Of a stretch of 64,000 bases of DNA, positions 23,716 through 36,996 are shown in pieces. Location of the stretch: the NCBI GenBank assembly GCA_044892525.1, contig CM097885.1, forward strand, positions 52,950,001-53,014,000, written 5' to 3'. The stretch is from Schmidtea polychroa (Eukaryota). Both the position numbers and the translations under genes were made by a program. The notes under the pieces were generated by a model, which searched no databases, was not told the DNA's origin, and was given only the letters and a program-made list of their open reading frames with translations. Within the stretch, counting starts at the first letter, position 1. Each line of letters begins with the position of its first letter.

Positions 23716-26547
23716 CTTCTACGATATTAATTTTACATCTAAACTCATTGAGAAATGTTTCTAAATCTTTATATTGTAATTCATACATTCTAAGTTTAGA
23801 TAGATCAAGTACAGACTGACCAATGTAACTTGGTCTATCTAAACATATAGAATCTGGATTTAATAAAGCGGAAATTAAATTATCATCGATTTTTATGGAT
23901 TTTTTAAAAGAAGGTTTTGAAGAATATTTAACTAATTTACCGTCGGTAGTACAAAGACAAAGATTCATTCTTCTCTTTAAATTTTCTACTGTTTTACCAT
24001 ATAAACTGTTATTTAACAATTTGTAATAATTTTTGTCTAAACTATTTATGCTTTTTGCTCTTAATTCAGTATTGGTATCTATGTATTTTTTAAAAATTGG
24101 AGATTGCTTAAATCTTACACCCCTATTTACACGTGTCACTTTAACACCAAGTTCCAAATATAATTTTAATAATCTCCAATGAATCACATAATTAGATTTT
24201 GGAAGATGAGTTAATAATAATTTTTCAACCTTAGACCCAGCAGGTTTCATTTTTTCAGCAGCTACAGGGAAATCATCCAACTTATCATGAAGCTCAGAAG
24301 GAATTACAAGATCAACTTCAAGAGTGTATCCATAAGACAAGGATTCAAGATTTAAATTCCTACATTCGTCCATTATTAAATCAAATCCATCAGGAACCCA
24401 ACTAAATTCACTACAAGGTAATGGTTGACTTAAAGCCCAACCGTAAAGATTATTAATATCTATATAAAGTAACTCGGTGTTTTCATCGGTTTTTACATAA
24501 TGTTTATTTACAAAAGTAAGACCACCTCTTATTCCACCCTCATAAAAGCTAAACATTTCGTTTTCAGTTATCAGTTCAATCGGTTCATCTAAAGACATTA
24601 ATGCAGAAGACCAAGACATACCGGGAATTCCGAAATAATTCAATGGTTCTAAGTTATTGTGAGCAATAGATTTCAAACGAAATTGTTGAAAGAAATCAGC
24701 CAAAAGAAAACAATCAAGTTTTAATTATACCATCATGTAGTCTAATAAAGTTACGCAATTAGTTTCAACCCAAATCTCCTGAGATTTTTCATACTCAAGT
24801 TCAGTGACACCTTCACAGATCGGTGGTAATTCATAAGTAGTTTGGAGAATATCTAAAGATGTAGCGAAATTATAAAGAAAGATTCCTTTTTCAGAAACAA
24901 TAGTGCCAGTAAAAACAGAATTGGTTAAAGGTAAAGTATTCAAAGTTTTGACGGCTTTAGCTAAAGAATCATTAATACATTGATAATAATCAATGAATCT
25001 TAAGCTAATTTTTCCTAAATGTGCAATCAACGAAATAAATTTTTCAGATGTAATGGGATACAACCTAAAGTCCAATTCTTAAATTTATTTAAACCATATT
25101 AAAGTATATGGTGCATATCGTATCCTTTCAAGTTGTGAAATACGATAGGCAAAATTTTATTAATTTTCCTATTTATGTTGCATGTGCTACAAGCAGCACC
25201 AAAGTATTTCCCAGTAAAATGATCGTGATCTCTAACAGGATCTACGATACATTTCATGCAAAGGCAACAAAGAGATGCACTATCAAATTGTTGTTGTTCA
25301 ATATTAGTTAATTTTACTATAGGTTTCCTGCCCATTTTATAATAAAAAGGAAGAACTTTATTTAATGCTATATCCTCTATAGCACTTAAAAAACTCTCGA
25401 CGCAATCTAAACCTATAAACTGCTGATATGATTTAGATCCGTCGAGGTTACAAGACCGGCAGATATTGGCATGTGTCGTTGGAAGTGAATATTGTCGGAA
25501 GGTAAAATAGCCTCAAAATCGGCATAAACTACAAAAGGAGGAGTTACTGTTTTCGACCAGTCAGTAAACTGTAATAATTTATTTTGAGGGAATGTGTAAA
25601 GCGTCGTTCCTAACTGATTTCTTTTACACAATATTTCATGTTTGTCCAGTACGTGTTTATACTTAAATCCGTTCAAATACCGCTGGCACCATAATGAACG
25701 TATTTGTGTAGGACAACTAGTGTTTATGTGGCAATTCAATAACCTATTTAAGTTGCTTATAGCTATGTAATGGAAATTGTTTCCTTTATTTAATAATAAT
25801 AAATTAATTATAGTTCCGTTTAAAACTTTGGAATGATGTATAATATCCAAATGCGGATGTTTTAATACATAATTTTCGGTTAATTGTCTATTATTGCCAT
25901 AAGTAAAAACATTAATTATTAAACCTGGATTTTTAGCTTCAAATTTCCAAATATCTTTTAGTTTCATTGGTAAATCTAACGAGTCGTATACTAGGTCAGA
26001 TAAATTATAACTTGATGTCCTATTTCTATATTGTCTAACAAACTCATCATATTTTAAAATAGCTAAAATGCTATATAAAAACACGAATCATAAGTGTTTT
26101 TTATATTGATTAAACAATATTTATTTTTTAGATAAGTTGGTGTTTCAATAAAATTCCTACCACTTAACCTACTTAACCTACTTATTTTAGTTATAGTGAA
26201 ATGGATTTCTATTATATTTTTTATAATCCACCTACTTCCTAACTCTGTAATACTAATGATTTTTTCGTTTAATTCCCTAATACCTTCATCAAAAAATGAT
26301 GCAGTTAATGGTTTTGTGTTATTGGAGATATTATTAACTTTTATTTCCCCGTCTTTTTCAAATTCGATTGTTATTCCGAATTGAATTTTGACGGAGCCTA
26401 ATTCATTAATAATATCTCTTAATTTATTTATTAATGGTTCTGGAAATATTATTTCCTTTATATTTAAATCACTTGTCTCTTAAATCTCTTTGTACTATTG
26501 GAACATTACGACCTATTTGTATATTATTATTTATATTCTATCTAATC

Positions 26548-26855
26548 CGTCCTGGGATTCAACAACCTGTCCATCTCAAGAATCAAGGGAAATGCTATCT
26601 AATCTGTCTAGGGATTCGACAAAAGGTAATCCGATCTGGGATTCAATATCTAATCCAACCTGGAATTCAACAACCTGTCCGTCCCAAGAATCAAGGGAAA
26701 TGCTATCTAATCTGTCTAGGGATTCGACAAAATGTAATCCGACCTGGGATTCAACATCCAATCCAACCTGGGATTGAACATCCAATCCAACCTGGGATTC
26801 AACATCCAGTCCAATCTGGGATTCAACATCCAATCCGACCTGGAATTCAACTACG
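26548..26855 (-). repeat. Coding tandem repeats (24-nt LDVESQVG unit plus larger duplication) in Pol-C pPolB N-terminus
   Basis: GATTCAACATCCAATCCAACCTGG units. Confidence 0.9.
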
Positions 26856-27312
26856 TCTAATTTAATTTTTTTATTTGTGATATTTATTTCTACAGTTGAG
26901 GGTCTTTTAAAAACAGTGTCTTTTTTAAAATTAAACCTATCTAAATGATTTTTATGTTTATTGTAAAACGTAATACATGTTACGGGGTCACTAGTTTTAC
27001 ATATGGGGCATATAAAATAAGTTTTATTATAATGTTTTTTAATATAATAATTTTCCATTATAGAATGGCATTTATTATTATGTTCTTTTGCCGAACAATA
27101 ATTCGGGTAAAGTATACCTATAAAATAAAAATTTAATAAAAAATGGACTAAAAGAAATTTAATAAAAATTTACTAAAAATATTATAATTTAAATTTTTTA
27201 ATAATTTTCCTAAATATTGTATGCAGCCAATCAAAATTAGTTATATATTATAAATGATAATTTAATTAAATAAATTTAACAAAAAATGACTAATATAAAT
27301 AGTATCCTATTA

Positions 27313-27849
27313 CAGAGCTCCGCAACTGGTGCGTCGCGAGGTGATGCTAGGTGTGCCGCGGCGCAATGCCTACCCGAGAAAAAATATAGGGTTTATGACG
27401 GACACGTGCGTTATGCTTATATCTATCTTGTTTACAAATAATTGCGTCGTTGACAAAATATTCGGTCAATAAATATGGCTTAAAAAAATTACATTTCAGG
27501 TTGTTCACATTTAAATTTATTGTCTTATATTGTGCTACCAAGTTTTACAGCCTGAACAATAAATACAAAAAATTTTAGAGAAATTTATTTTTAAGAACAA
27601 TAAATTTTTATGATGTAAATATAAATACATCATAAAAATTTGTTTTCGTTGACTTCGAACAAGTGATCCATTATTTTATTGAATCAAATGATGATTTTAA
27701 ATTTTCATTCGTAAGTTAGCTTTTATAGTGTACCTCTGTTTGTGCATTTCTTATCACGTAAATTTTTAAAAATTTTTGTTTGTGGTGTGCCGCGAAATTA
27801 TTTTAAGTCTTTAGGTGTGCCACGGGTGAGAAAAGGTTGCGGAGCTCTG
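27313..27849. mobile_element. Non-autonomous hAT (Charlie-like) MITE
   Basis: Perfect 14-bp TIR CAGAGCTCCGCAAC/GTTGCGGAGCTCTG; 8-bp TSD TCCTATTA/TCCTATTT; subterminal GGTGTGCCGCG motifs. Confidence 0.9.
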
Positions 27850-27884
27850 TCCTATTTGAAGAAAATAGTACATCTGTTATAGGT

Positions 27885-28270
27885 ATGGTATGTAAACTTC
27901 CAATACCTTCAATACATACAATACCTTCAATATAAAATGTACTATTTGAAATATCCTATTACTTATTCATTCAAGGTATTTTTTAATTAATTATTTAAAT
28001 TATTAATTTTTGTAGGAACCAGTTAATTTAAAAACCTATCAATTCAATATTCAAATTGGAGATATTGGGGAAAAAGATACAAAAAATCTTGGAGAAATTC
28101 TTAGATTAATTAATAAAGAAATGTATTTTAATGAAAAATTTACATTTATCAACTGTGAAAAGGTTGAAAAATAGATGAAGATAAAAAGTTCGAATACTTA
28201 TTCAAGGAGTCAAGATAAATGGAGCTATAATTAAACCAATTTGGAAAATTACAAATTTTGTTGAATAATG
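27885..28270 (+). pseudogene. Pol-C homolog of ORF 43346-43756, apparently with one intron
   Basis: KMYYLKYPI...EPVNLKPI...IQGVKINGAIIKPIWKI aligns with KMYFLKEEI..APVKLIP..IQGYKVDNNDVYSPIWKI. Confidence 0.6.
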
Positions 28271-28510
28271 TTGTATTTAAGTGCTCTTTTTATTTAAATA
28301 TTTAAAAGTTATCTTTAAAATTCTTATTTTCACATACAATATTTAGTAAAATTATTAAGAATTAAAATTTTTTGCGTTGGTTTTCCCCTGTATAAAGTGG
28401 TAATTGCAATATAGGAACAGTTAAGGAGGGCGGACTACGAGAAAACTTAAATATCCCATTTTATTATAATTGCCCTTCCTAAATAAAGTATAGAATAAAG
28501 TATTATTAAT

Positions 28511-29445
28511 AGTAGTAGGATGTGTCAGCACTGGCACATGTCACCTCTGGCACCCCCCCCCCTCCCGGGGGTAAAAAATTATTTTTTTCAAGGTCAAATT
28601 TTAAACAAAGACATATGACTCATCAAGGTCATTGAAACAAAGACCATGACTCATCCTATGACTCATCAAGGTCATTGAAACAAAGACCATGACTCATTCA
28701 AGGTCATTGGATGACTCATCAAGGTCATTGAAACAAAGACCATGACACATTCAAGGTCATTGGATGACTCACCAAGGTCATATTTTTAAGGTCAAGGTCA
28801 TATTTTTTAAAGGCCAAGGTCATATTTTTTAAAGGCCAAGGTCATATTTTTAAGGTCAAGGTCATATTTTTTAAAGGTCAAGGTCATATTTTTTAAGGTC
28901 AAGGTCATATTTTTTAAGGTCAAGGTCATAATTTAAGGTCAAACCATCACAAAAGGGTATCATTCAAAAGGTATTTGAGAGGTCTATCTAATGGTCATAC
29001 CCTCGGTGTATGGTGGGTCCTCGGCCTTCTAAGGGTAAAAAACCTTCCACTTTTTTCAAACTTTATAATATATATATGGATATGGATATATATCATTCGA
29101 AAGGTATTTGAGAGGTCTATCTAATGGTCATACCCTCGAATGTGGGTCAATAACCTTCAAAGGGTGTTCAAAATTAAATATTTTTAAAACCATATAATAT
29201 ACATATCAAACAAAAGGTATTTGAGATGTAAGTATCATGGTCATACTTTCAAAGGTCATATTTTATAAGATGGTGGCTATATAGTTTAATTAAAGATTGC
29301 GTGTGTGTATTTTCTTAAAATTAATATTTTGAGAGTACTTTGCTTGGATTTTATTGATCAAGGGGTCATTTTAAAGGTAATTCAAAGGGGAATCCGTGCG
29401 CGCAAATGTTGTCTTAATTTGTTTTAATAAAGTAAAAATATTATT
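28511..29445 (+). repeat. Pol-B left TIR (continues into (TTA)n to ~29740)
   Basis: Inverted match to 45441-46163 with a different copy number of internal repeats. Confidence 0.92.
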
Positions 29446-29453
29446 ATTATAAA

Positions 29454-29568
<115 letters not shown>

Positions 29569-29591
29569 ATTATTATTATTATTATTATTAA

Positions 29592-29740
<149 letters not shown>

Positions 29741-29849
29741 GTGTTTTAATAAAGTAAAAATATCATTATTATTATTATTTTTATTATTATGAAACATATA
29801 TATAAATAGGTCTAATAACTTCATTTACAACATTCACAAATATTCATCG

Positions 29850-30391
29850 ATGTCTTCAAACGATCCAGAGGTTTGATGTTATAATTATTTAGTAATTTAA
29901 TTATTTTAAATAAGGTACAAGAATTGTCTATTGATTGGGATCATTCTTTTTTAATAATAGATAAACTTCTAACAAATAAAATAAATAAATCTTTCAAACA
30001 TCAAGTAATTCAAAATCTATTTGATAAGTTCGGCTTCAATATATCGATGTTGAAATTAACCAGCTGTATAATATCTATAAATAATATTAACCATACAGAA
30101 ATTAACATGCTTAAGGTTTTCTGGATATGTATGGATTTCAGGTTCGGAAAATATCGCGAGCTTATTGAAATCTTCCTTCTTAATGCATATAAACTTGGTA
30201 TTACAATACATAATTTACTGAATGAAGTCAGAAAATAGTTTATTACATGTACTATATGTCGAATTCGAGAAGTTTCTATTCTATATCTGCCTTGTGGTCA
30301 TATCATTATTTGTTCCTTATGTTTGAAAAACTGTAGTAGATGTCAGAGTTGTGGTGTCATAATCGATGAATCTCATTCAGTGTGTTTTTGA
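29850..30391 (+). pseudogene. Pol-B IAP-type RING finger protein, 2 exons, one in-frame TAG at 30236-30238
   Basis: Exon 29850-29870, intron 29871-29914, then an in-frame ORF; after the TAG: CTICRIREVSILYLPCGHIIICSLCLKNCSRCQSC. Confidence 0.8.
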
Positions 30392-30414
30392 AATAAATGT
30401 TGTAAAACACCTAC

Positions 30415-30481
<67 letters not shown>

Positions 30482-30688
30482 ATTTCAACTTTCTATCACA
30501 AATAACTAAAAACATAGTTGATTATTATAAAATTTATAACACAAAAATTATACCATAAAAAGTTGACAAACAAAAATAACTAAATATTTACAAATTTTTT
30601 ATTCGACATCATATTTACAAATTTTTATTCAACATCGTATTTACACAAATTTAATCACAATGTTAAATAATTGGCCCAAAATATAACT

Positions 30689-33600
30689 TTAAATTATTGA
30701 GTTGAATATTTGATCGAATTGTTGATCTCGAATGACAGGATCCGTTTCAGGCATGACGATATTACCACTACCATCTAAGACATCCACCCCTCTATAATGT
30801 CCATATGCAAAACTTGAGTTTTTCCCTACCCAAGCTCTCTTATCGTCGTGATTATTTAAAGCTATTTTTGAGTTTTTAAAAGTAAACAGCTGATGATTCC
30901 GGGTTCCTATTCTAGTTTGAGGAACCGACATGACTGTGTTGTTGTTATAGCAGTCTAAATAAGATTGATGTTTGATGTCGGTCCCCGGTAATTTTACACC
31001 CTTAGCCCTCATTGTTGACTTATTTCCTAATTGGCTGTAACATTTAGGACGTAAGAAAACCCATTCACTATATCCTAACCCTTTACTCTCATCCTTAAAC
31101 TTGCCTATAACTGAGTCAAGTCGCCTGGAATATAAAGGATGAGAGGGATCGTAATTTGAAGTATCTAAAAGGTCATCCGAAATCATCGCTTGTAATAAGA
31201 TATCTAATTTTAAATTTTTAACCTCTAAAAAGAAAGAGTCGGTATCACCCGCTACTAAATTAATTTCACAATTATAAATATCCCGATATCGTTGTAGCTC
31301 TATATACTGTAACTGATACATCCGTAGTTTGGATAGATCCAGTACTGATTGTCCGATGTAGCTGGGTCTATCCAAACATATAGAGTCCTTATTGAGATGC
31401 GCGGCAAACAGATCATCAGCTATTTCAATTGTTTTTCTGAATGCCGGTTTTGACGAATATGTAATTTATTTTTCAGATGAATTACATAGTCGCAAATTCA
31501 TCCTCTTTTTAAGGTTCTCTACGGATTTACCGTACAGGCTATTATTATATAATTTAAATAAATCTCTATATATTTCACTAACTGCATTAGCACGCAAGTT
31601 AGTGTTTTTATCGATATAATGTTTAAAGATATGATTTTGTTTATATTTTATAGCTCCGTGTATATTTACAACCTTAGCCCCAAGTGAAAGATAAAGCCTG
31701 AAAAGCCTCCAATGAAGAACATAGTTCTTCTTTGGATAACGCGTGAGCATCAGCTTCTCAACTTTTGAGTTAGGTGGGCACATCTTTTCCGGTCCAATCG
31801 GAAAGTCATTTAAAAAATCATGGAAATCAATCGGAATCTCGATATCAACTTCCATAGTATATCCATATGGAAGTGTTTCGATATCCGCAACATTCACACA
31901 CTCATCCAAAACTTCATTCAAGCCATCATACACCCAAGTAAAATCACCATAAGGAAGACTTTGGCTAAGAGCCCAACCATACAGATTATTTATATCAATA
32001 TACAAAAATTCTGTATCATCTGAAGCAGCCGTGTAATGTTTGTTAACTAATGGTAACCCACCCCGTATTCCTCCCTCGTAAAAATTGAACATTTCCATGT
32101 CCTGTAAAAGTTCTATGGGTTCCGTTAATGTCATAAGCACTGAGGCCCATGACATACCGGGAATTCCATAGAAATTAAAAGGTTCCAATCCATTGTATGC
32201 AATGGCATTTGCCCGGAATTGTTCAAAGTAATCAGCGAGTAGGAATACATCGAGTTTGAGGTAGGTTAACATATAGTCACGCAAATTTATACAGTTTTGC
32301 TGCGTCCAGATTAGGTGTGCCTTAGCGTACTCATCTTCGCTAACACCAGACCAAATAGGAGGTAGTTCATATGTAGTCTCAAGAACATCAAATGAGGTAG
32401 CAAAATCATACGGAAAAATACCTTTACAGTCAACTATAGTACCTTGAAAAACAGACGAAGTTAAAGGAAGAGAAGTTAGTGTTTTCACAGCCTTAGCTAA
32501 AGAGCAATTAACAAATTGCATAGAATCTATAAATCTCACAGCCAATTTATTAATATGTACAATTAACGAAATAAATTTTTCGGTTGAGGTAGGAATTATG
32601 TTCAAGTCCCAAGATGGAAAGCCATTGAGACCGTGTTTTAAAATATGGTGGAGGTCATAACCTCGTAAATTATGAAAGACAATAGGTAGTAGACGATAAA
32701 TTCGACGAGCAACATTACATTTTCGGCAAGATGCCCCTAGATATTTACCAGAGAAATGACAGTGGTCTCTTACCGGATTTACTATAGGTTTTTTACATAA
32801 GTAGCAATTTCGACAAGATTTAAACTGACGTTCCTCAATGAAAGACATCGGTCCTATCAACTTATTACCTTCCATATCATAATACGGTATCACAACAGTA
32901 GTAGCAATTTCCTCAACTTTTTTAAGAAAATCAGTAATACAGTCAAGGCCATAAAATTCAAAATATTGTTTAGTATTTTTATAATTATTTATTAATAAAA
33001 GGCCTGCTGAACTAGGCATATGAATTTGATGATGACGAACATCAGGGGGTAAAATCGACTCAAAATCGGCATAAATTACAAAAGGTGGTGTTATTGTTTT
33101 TGAAAAATTTTGAAATTCGAGATTTTTTTTTGAGGGTAAAGTGTAAAGGGTTGTACCTGTCTGATTTTTGGCACATAATGCGACATGAATATTAAACGCG
33201 TTATCTAATCGGAACCCGTTAAGACAGTGTGGGCACCATTGACATCTTATTTGAACGTTACAGTCCGGGTTCCGATGACAGTTCATTAGTCTATTGATAT
33301 TGGTCACAGCAGTATAATGATATCGATCTGTATTTTCTAATAATAACAAATAAATTGGGTTTCCGTCAGTGACCTTAGATCGATGGATAAGACTTAAATG
33401 AGGATGGTGAAAGACATAATTATCAGGGGTTTCATCGTCATCAATTATTATAGTTGGAGTGTATGAAAGCACATTAATGGTTAATTTTAAATTTATGTTT
33501 TTCTTTTCAAATTTAGGAATGTTGATTAATTTCATTGGACAATCCGTGACTTCGTCATATTTTAATTCATTCAAAAATTCAGTATATTTAGATACTCTTT

Positions 33601-34657
33601 GAGGATTTTCACCTATTTGATCTTTCTTTAATAAGTAAAGAATGGAATACAGAAAGCATTTATCGTCGCTATTTTTGATGTTAAGTATAGCTTTCTTATT
33701 TTTCAATTCAGAAGGGGTTTTAATATATTGATGTCCTGCCAAGCGACTAATTGGTTCATATTTAGTGATAATAAAATGTATCTCCAAAATGTTGATAACG
33801 CGCCATCCACTGCCTAAATAGGTAAATTGTTCTATTTTTTCATTTAGCTTATGAACCCCTTCGTTTAAAAAGTCATCAGAAAATGTCGTTGCATTATTAG
33901 AAAAGTAATTGTCACGGATTTCACCATCTTTTTCAAATCGAATTAATATCGCAAATTGAATTTTGACGCTCCCCATTTTATTAATTTCTTTTATTAATTT
34001 AGTTTTGATTTTATCTGTTAAAATTATTTTAATTAATTGCGCATCTGATACATCAAAACGTAAAGTCTTGATAGCGCCATTTAAATTTATTGTGATTAAG
34101 GGTTGATTCTCTAAGGAAGAACCTCCAAATTGAATAAACTCATTATTTATAATATCTACATTATTTATAATAGGTATAATGTCATTATTTATAATATTTT
34201 CATTATTTATAATAGGTATAATTTCATTATTTACAATATTTTCGTTATATATAATTTCATTATTTATAATAGGTATAATAGGTATAATAGGTACAATTTC
34301 ATTATTTATAATAGGTATAATTTCATTATTTACAATATTTATAGAGTCATCATCATCACTGATTTCGATGACTTCCTTTTTAATAATTTTATTTGGTATA
34401 TTATTTTCTTTATTTTCAGCAGGTCTTTTATTTTTTGATGTTTTATTTTTTGATGTTTTATTTTGTATAATATTTAAAATATCACAGTTATTTTTATTAA
34501 TTTCCCTAAATAGGTCTTTTTTATTTACTTTAAAAGAATTTAAATGATTTGAATGTTGTTTAAAAAATTCTTTATATCTAACGCTCTGGGAACTTTTGCA
34601 TATGGGGCATATAAAAAAGTTGATGCCATTAAATTTATGCATGTAATATTTTTTCAT
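30689..34657 (-). CDS. polB: Pol-B protein-primed DNA polymerase B (one frameshift near 31466)
   Basis: YADFES, VRDHCHFSG, FHNLRGYD, KGIFPYD, YIDINNLYG, KLYNNSLYGK, GDTDS, RPKCY, DDKR. Confidence 0.95.
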
Positions 34658-34993
34658 GTTTTTATAGCATCAAATACCATGACTGATTGACGACATGCAA
34701 TATCTTGGGAAAAAAGAACCTGATAAAAAAAAAAAAAAATTATATAAATTAATTTTTAAAAATTAATTCATTAACATATAAATAATAATAAAAAATCAAA
34801 TATCGCAATGTCGATATTTTGATGTTATTATCATTCATTATTATACAAGTCTTTGTAATGAAAACTTGTATAATAATAAATGTTAATACTTAACTATTTA
34901 AGGTCATGTCTTTGTTATAACTTGCACGTGTATTGGATGAGCACTGCATTTTCAGCATAATATTTTCTTCATTTTCCTCATTTTCCTCATTTC

Positions 34994-35086
<93 letters not shown>

Positions 35087-35558
35087 GAGAGAGATGTATC
35101 TGCATGCTGACTGCAGACTACATTAAATGGGGCAAATTAATATTATTAATATATTTGAGAGAATTGTATCTGCATGCTGACTGCAGACTACAAGGTATAT
35201 TAATATATATTATCATTATTAATATTATCATTATTATTAATATTATTATTTAAACTAATGTAGATGCTCATTGCAAACTACAAGGAATAGATATTGTTTC
35301 TTAAACACTTTTTTAAACATTTTCATCATTTTCTTAATCATAATATTTTCATCATTTTCTTCATCATAATATTTTCATCATTTAGTCATCATAACATTTT
35401 CAATTTCATCATAATATTTTCTTCATTTTCATAATAAGTTTTTATAAATAAGTTTTTAAAGAAAATGTTTAAAAAGTATTTAAGAAATTTACAAGGTTTT
35501 TAAAAAAAAAATAAATATATAAAAATAAATATATAAAAATAAATAAATACTAACATCG

Positions 35559-36101
35559 TCATTCCATGTCGGAATCAGATTCATTATCAGCTACCTCCTC
35601 AATAGAAGTGAGGGCATTATTCTTCTCAATAAAAGTGAAGGCATTATTCTCCTCAATAGAAGTGAGGGCATTATTCTCCTCAATAGAAGTGAGGGCATTT
35701 TCCACATTGTTTTCCTCATCATTATTAATCGGGGTATCTGCATCCAAGTCGACATTTAACTCTAAAATGTTTTTTAAAAAAAATTTACTAAAATAAAATA
35801 AATTTACTTTGTTTATTGAAAACATTACAGGAAACTGGGGCATTAGTTTGCCCAATAAATACGACATCATCGTCGTCATCGCTAATACAAATCGGATCTA
35901 AATGAAAAATTAATTTTATAAACAGTAAAAATATTAAAATTACCAAAAATCTTATCCACATTCAGAATTCTTTCGTCCTCAGTAACTTGATACCAATCGA
36001 ACACATCTAAGAAATAAAGAATAAAATATAATAAATAAATAAATAATAAAATTACCACTAGTCAATAGACTTCTTAATATGTTGTTGTTATTGTTTGCCA
36101 T
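35559..36101 (-). CDS. Pol-B 4-exon acidic protein with SIM-like motif and 27-nt repeats
   Basis: GT-AG introns 36007-36055, 35898-35943 and 35762-35807 (all phase 1) join an uninterrupted ORF MANNNNNILRSLLTSDVFDW...PICISDDDDDVVFI...ESDSDME. Confidence 0.75.
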
Positions 36102-36582
36102 TATGCGAAATTTTAATCGTTGAAATTTAGAATTTGAAATTTTTTAAAAACAAATTTTTAAAAAATTGTGACAAATTTTAGATTTGTAAATGTTTATAAA
36201 GAGAATGAATATTTTCCTGTCCCAGCCAATGAGAATCAAGACACACACACATAGAAACCAATCATATTACATCTACAAATGCATGCATGCATTGGTAATA
36301 ACATTGAAATTTCATGTGACTGCCTTTGTTAGTCATGCCTTTGTTAACATGCACTGTGCATGCTCCATGCATGTGATGTCTTTATGACAAAATGATAATA
36401 ATATTTATCTAAATAATAATAAACCTAATTTAAAATAATAATATTTTTGAAAATAATAATAATAATAATAATAATAATATTAATAATAATAATAATAAAT
36501 TTAATAAAAAATAATAATAATAATAATAATAATAATATTAATAATATTAATAATCACAACAACAAAGGAAAGGATACATTTA

Positions 36583-36965
36583 TTAAACATCAAATTTTTT
36601 ATACAACAACCAAGCTAAACAATGTTGACCACATGTTTGGGTCAAAGGATTTTGAAACAGTTTTATTATACACGATAGGTTTCCCCATTGTTTGTAGTTT
36701 TGATATCAACAAAGCTGGGTAATAAAAACCCATAGGATCGAACACGAATATATTACCAGGTTTCACGTATATAGCTATCCAATGTTCTCCACCAAGATGA
36801 GACGATTGAGTATTGACGATTATTGCTTGATTATTGCTCAAATATGGAATTTTATCAAGAGGAAAAACTCCTACAAATTCATTTCCCAATATTTGTTTTC
36901 CAATTCGATTAACCTGAACAGAACTACTTTAATAAATTAAACAGTATAAAAACAACTTACTCCAT
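36583..36965 (-). pseudogene. Pol-B adenain-like protease, 2 exons, frameshift before the catalytic Cys
   Basis: ATG GA|intron 36927-36960|T; GEHWIAI, VFDPMG; the shifted frame gives QNPLTQTCGQHC. Confidence 0.88.
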
Positions 36966-36996
36966 GACAATATTTTGTGTATACATTTATATACAT

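Larger units (their letters stand above)
20721..27058 (-). pseudogene. polB: Pol-C pPolB, multiply frameshifted and interrupted by a hAT element
   Basis: VVYADFEA, VRDHDHFTG, FHNLKGYD, YIDINNLYG, KLLNNSLYGK. C-terminal piece (DDKRVWVGKNISLAYGH) at 20721-21056. The DTDS region is deleted. Confidence 0.92.
18849..28270. mobile_element. Pol-C: decayed Pol-B-family Polinton (left terminus, subterminal arrays, pPolB, SSB-like gene)
   Basis: AGTTAGTAG...C9 start resembles the Pol-B terminus. Tandem arrays follow, then a pPolB colinear with Pol-B pPolB. No right TIR found. Confidence 0.7.

Noticed and set aside
28428..28470. TTAAGGAGGGCGGACTAC, possible DNA-transposon end just before Pol-B
   Set aside because: No matching inverted end found in the window.
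31376..31470. Programmed frameshift in Pol-B pPolB (and similar breaks in Pol-A ATPase and penton)
   Set aside because: The same region is continuous in Pol-C pPolB; breaks lie at or near homopolymer runs, so decay or assembly error is more likely.
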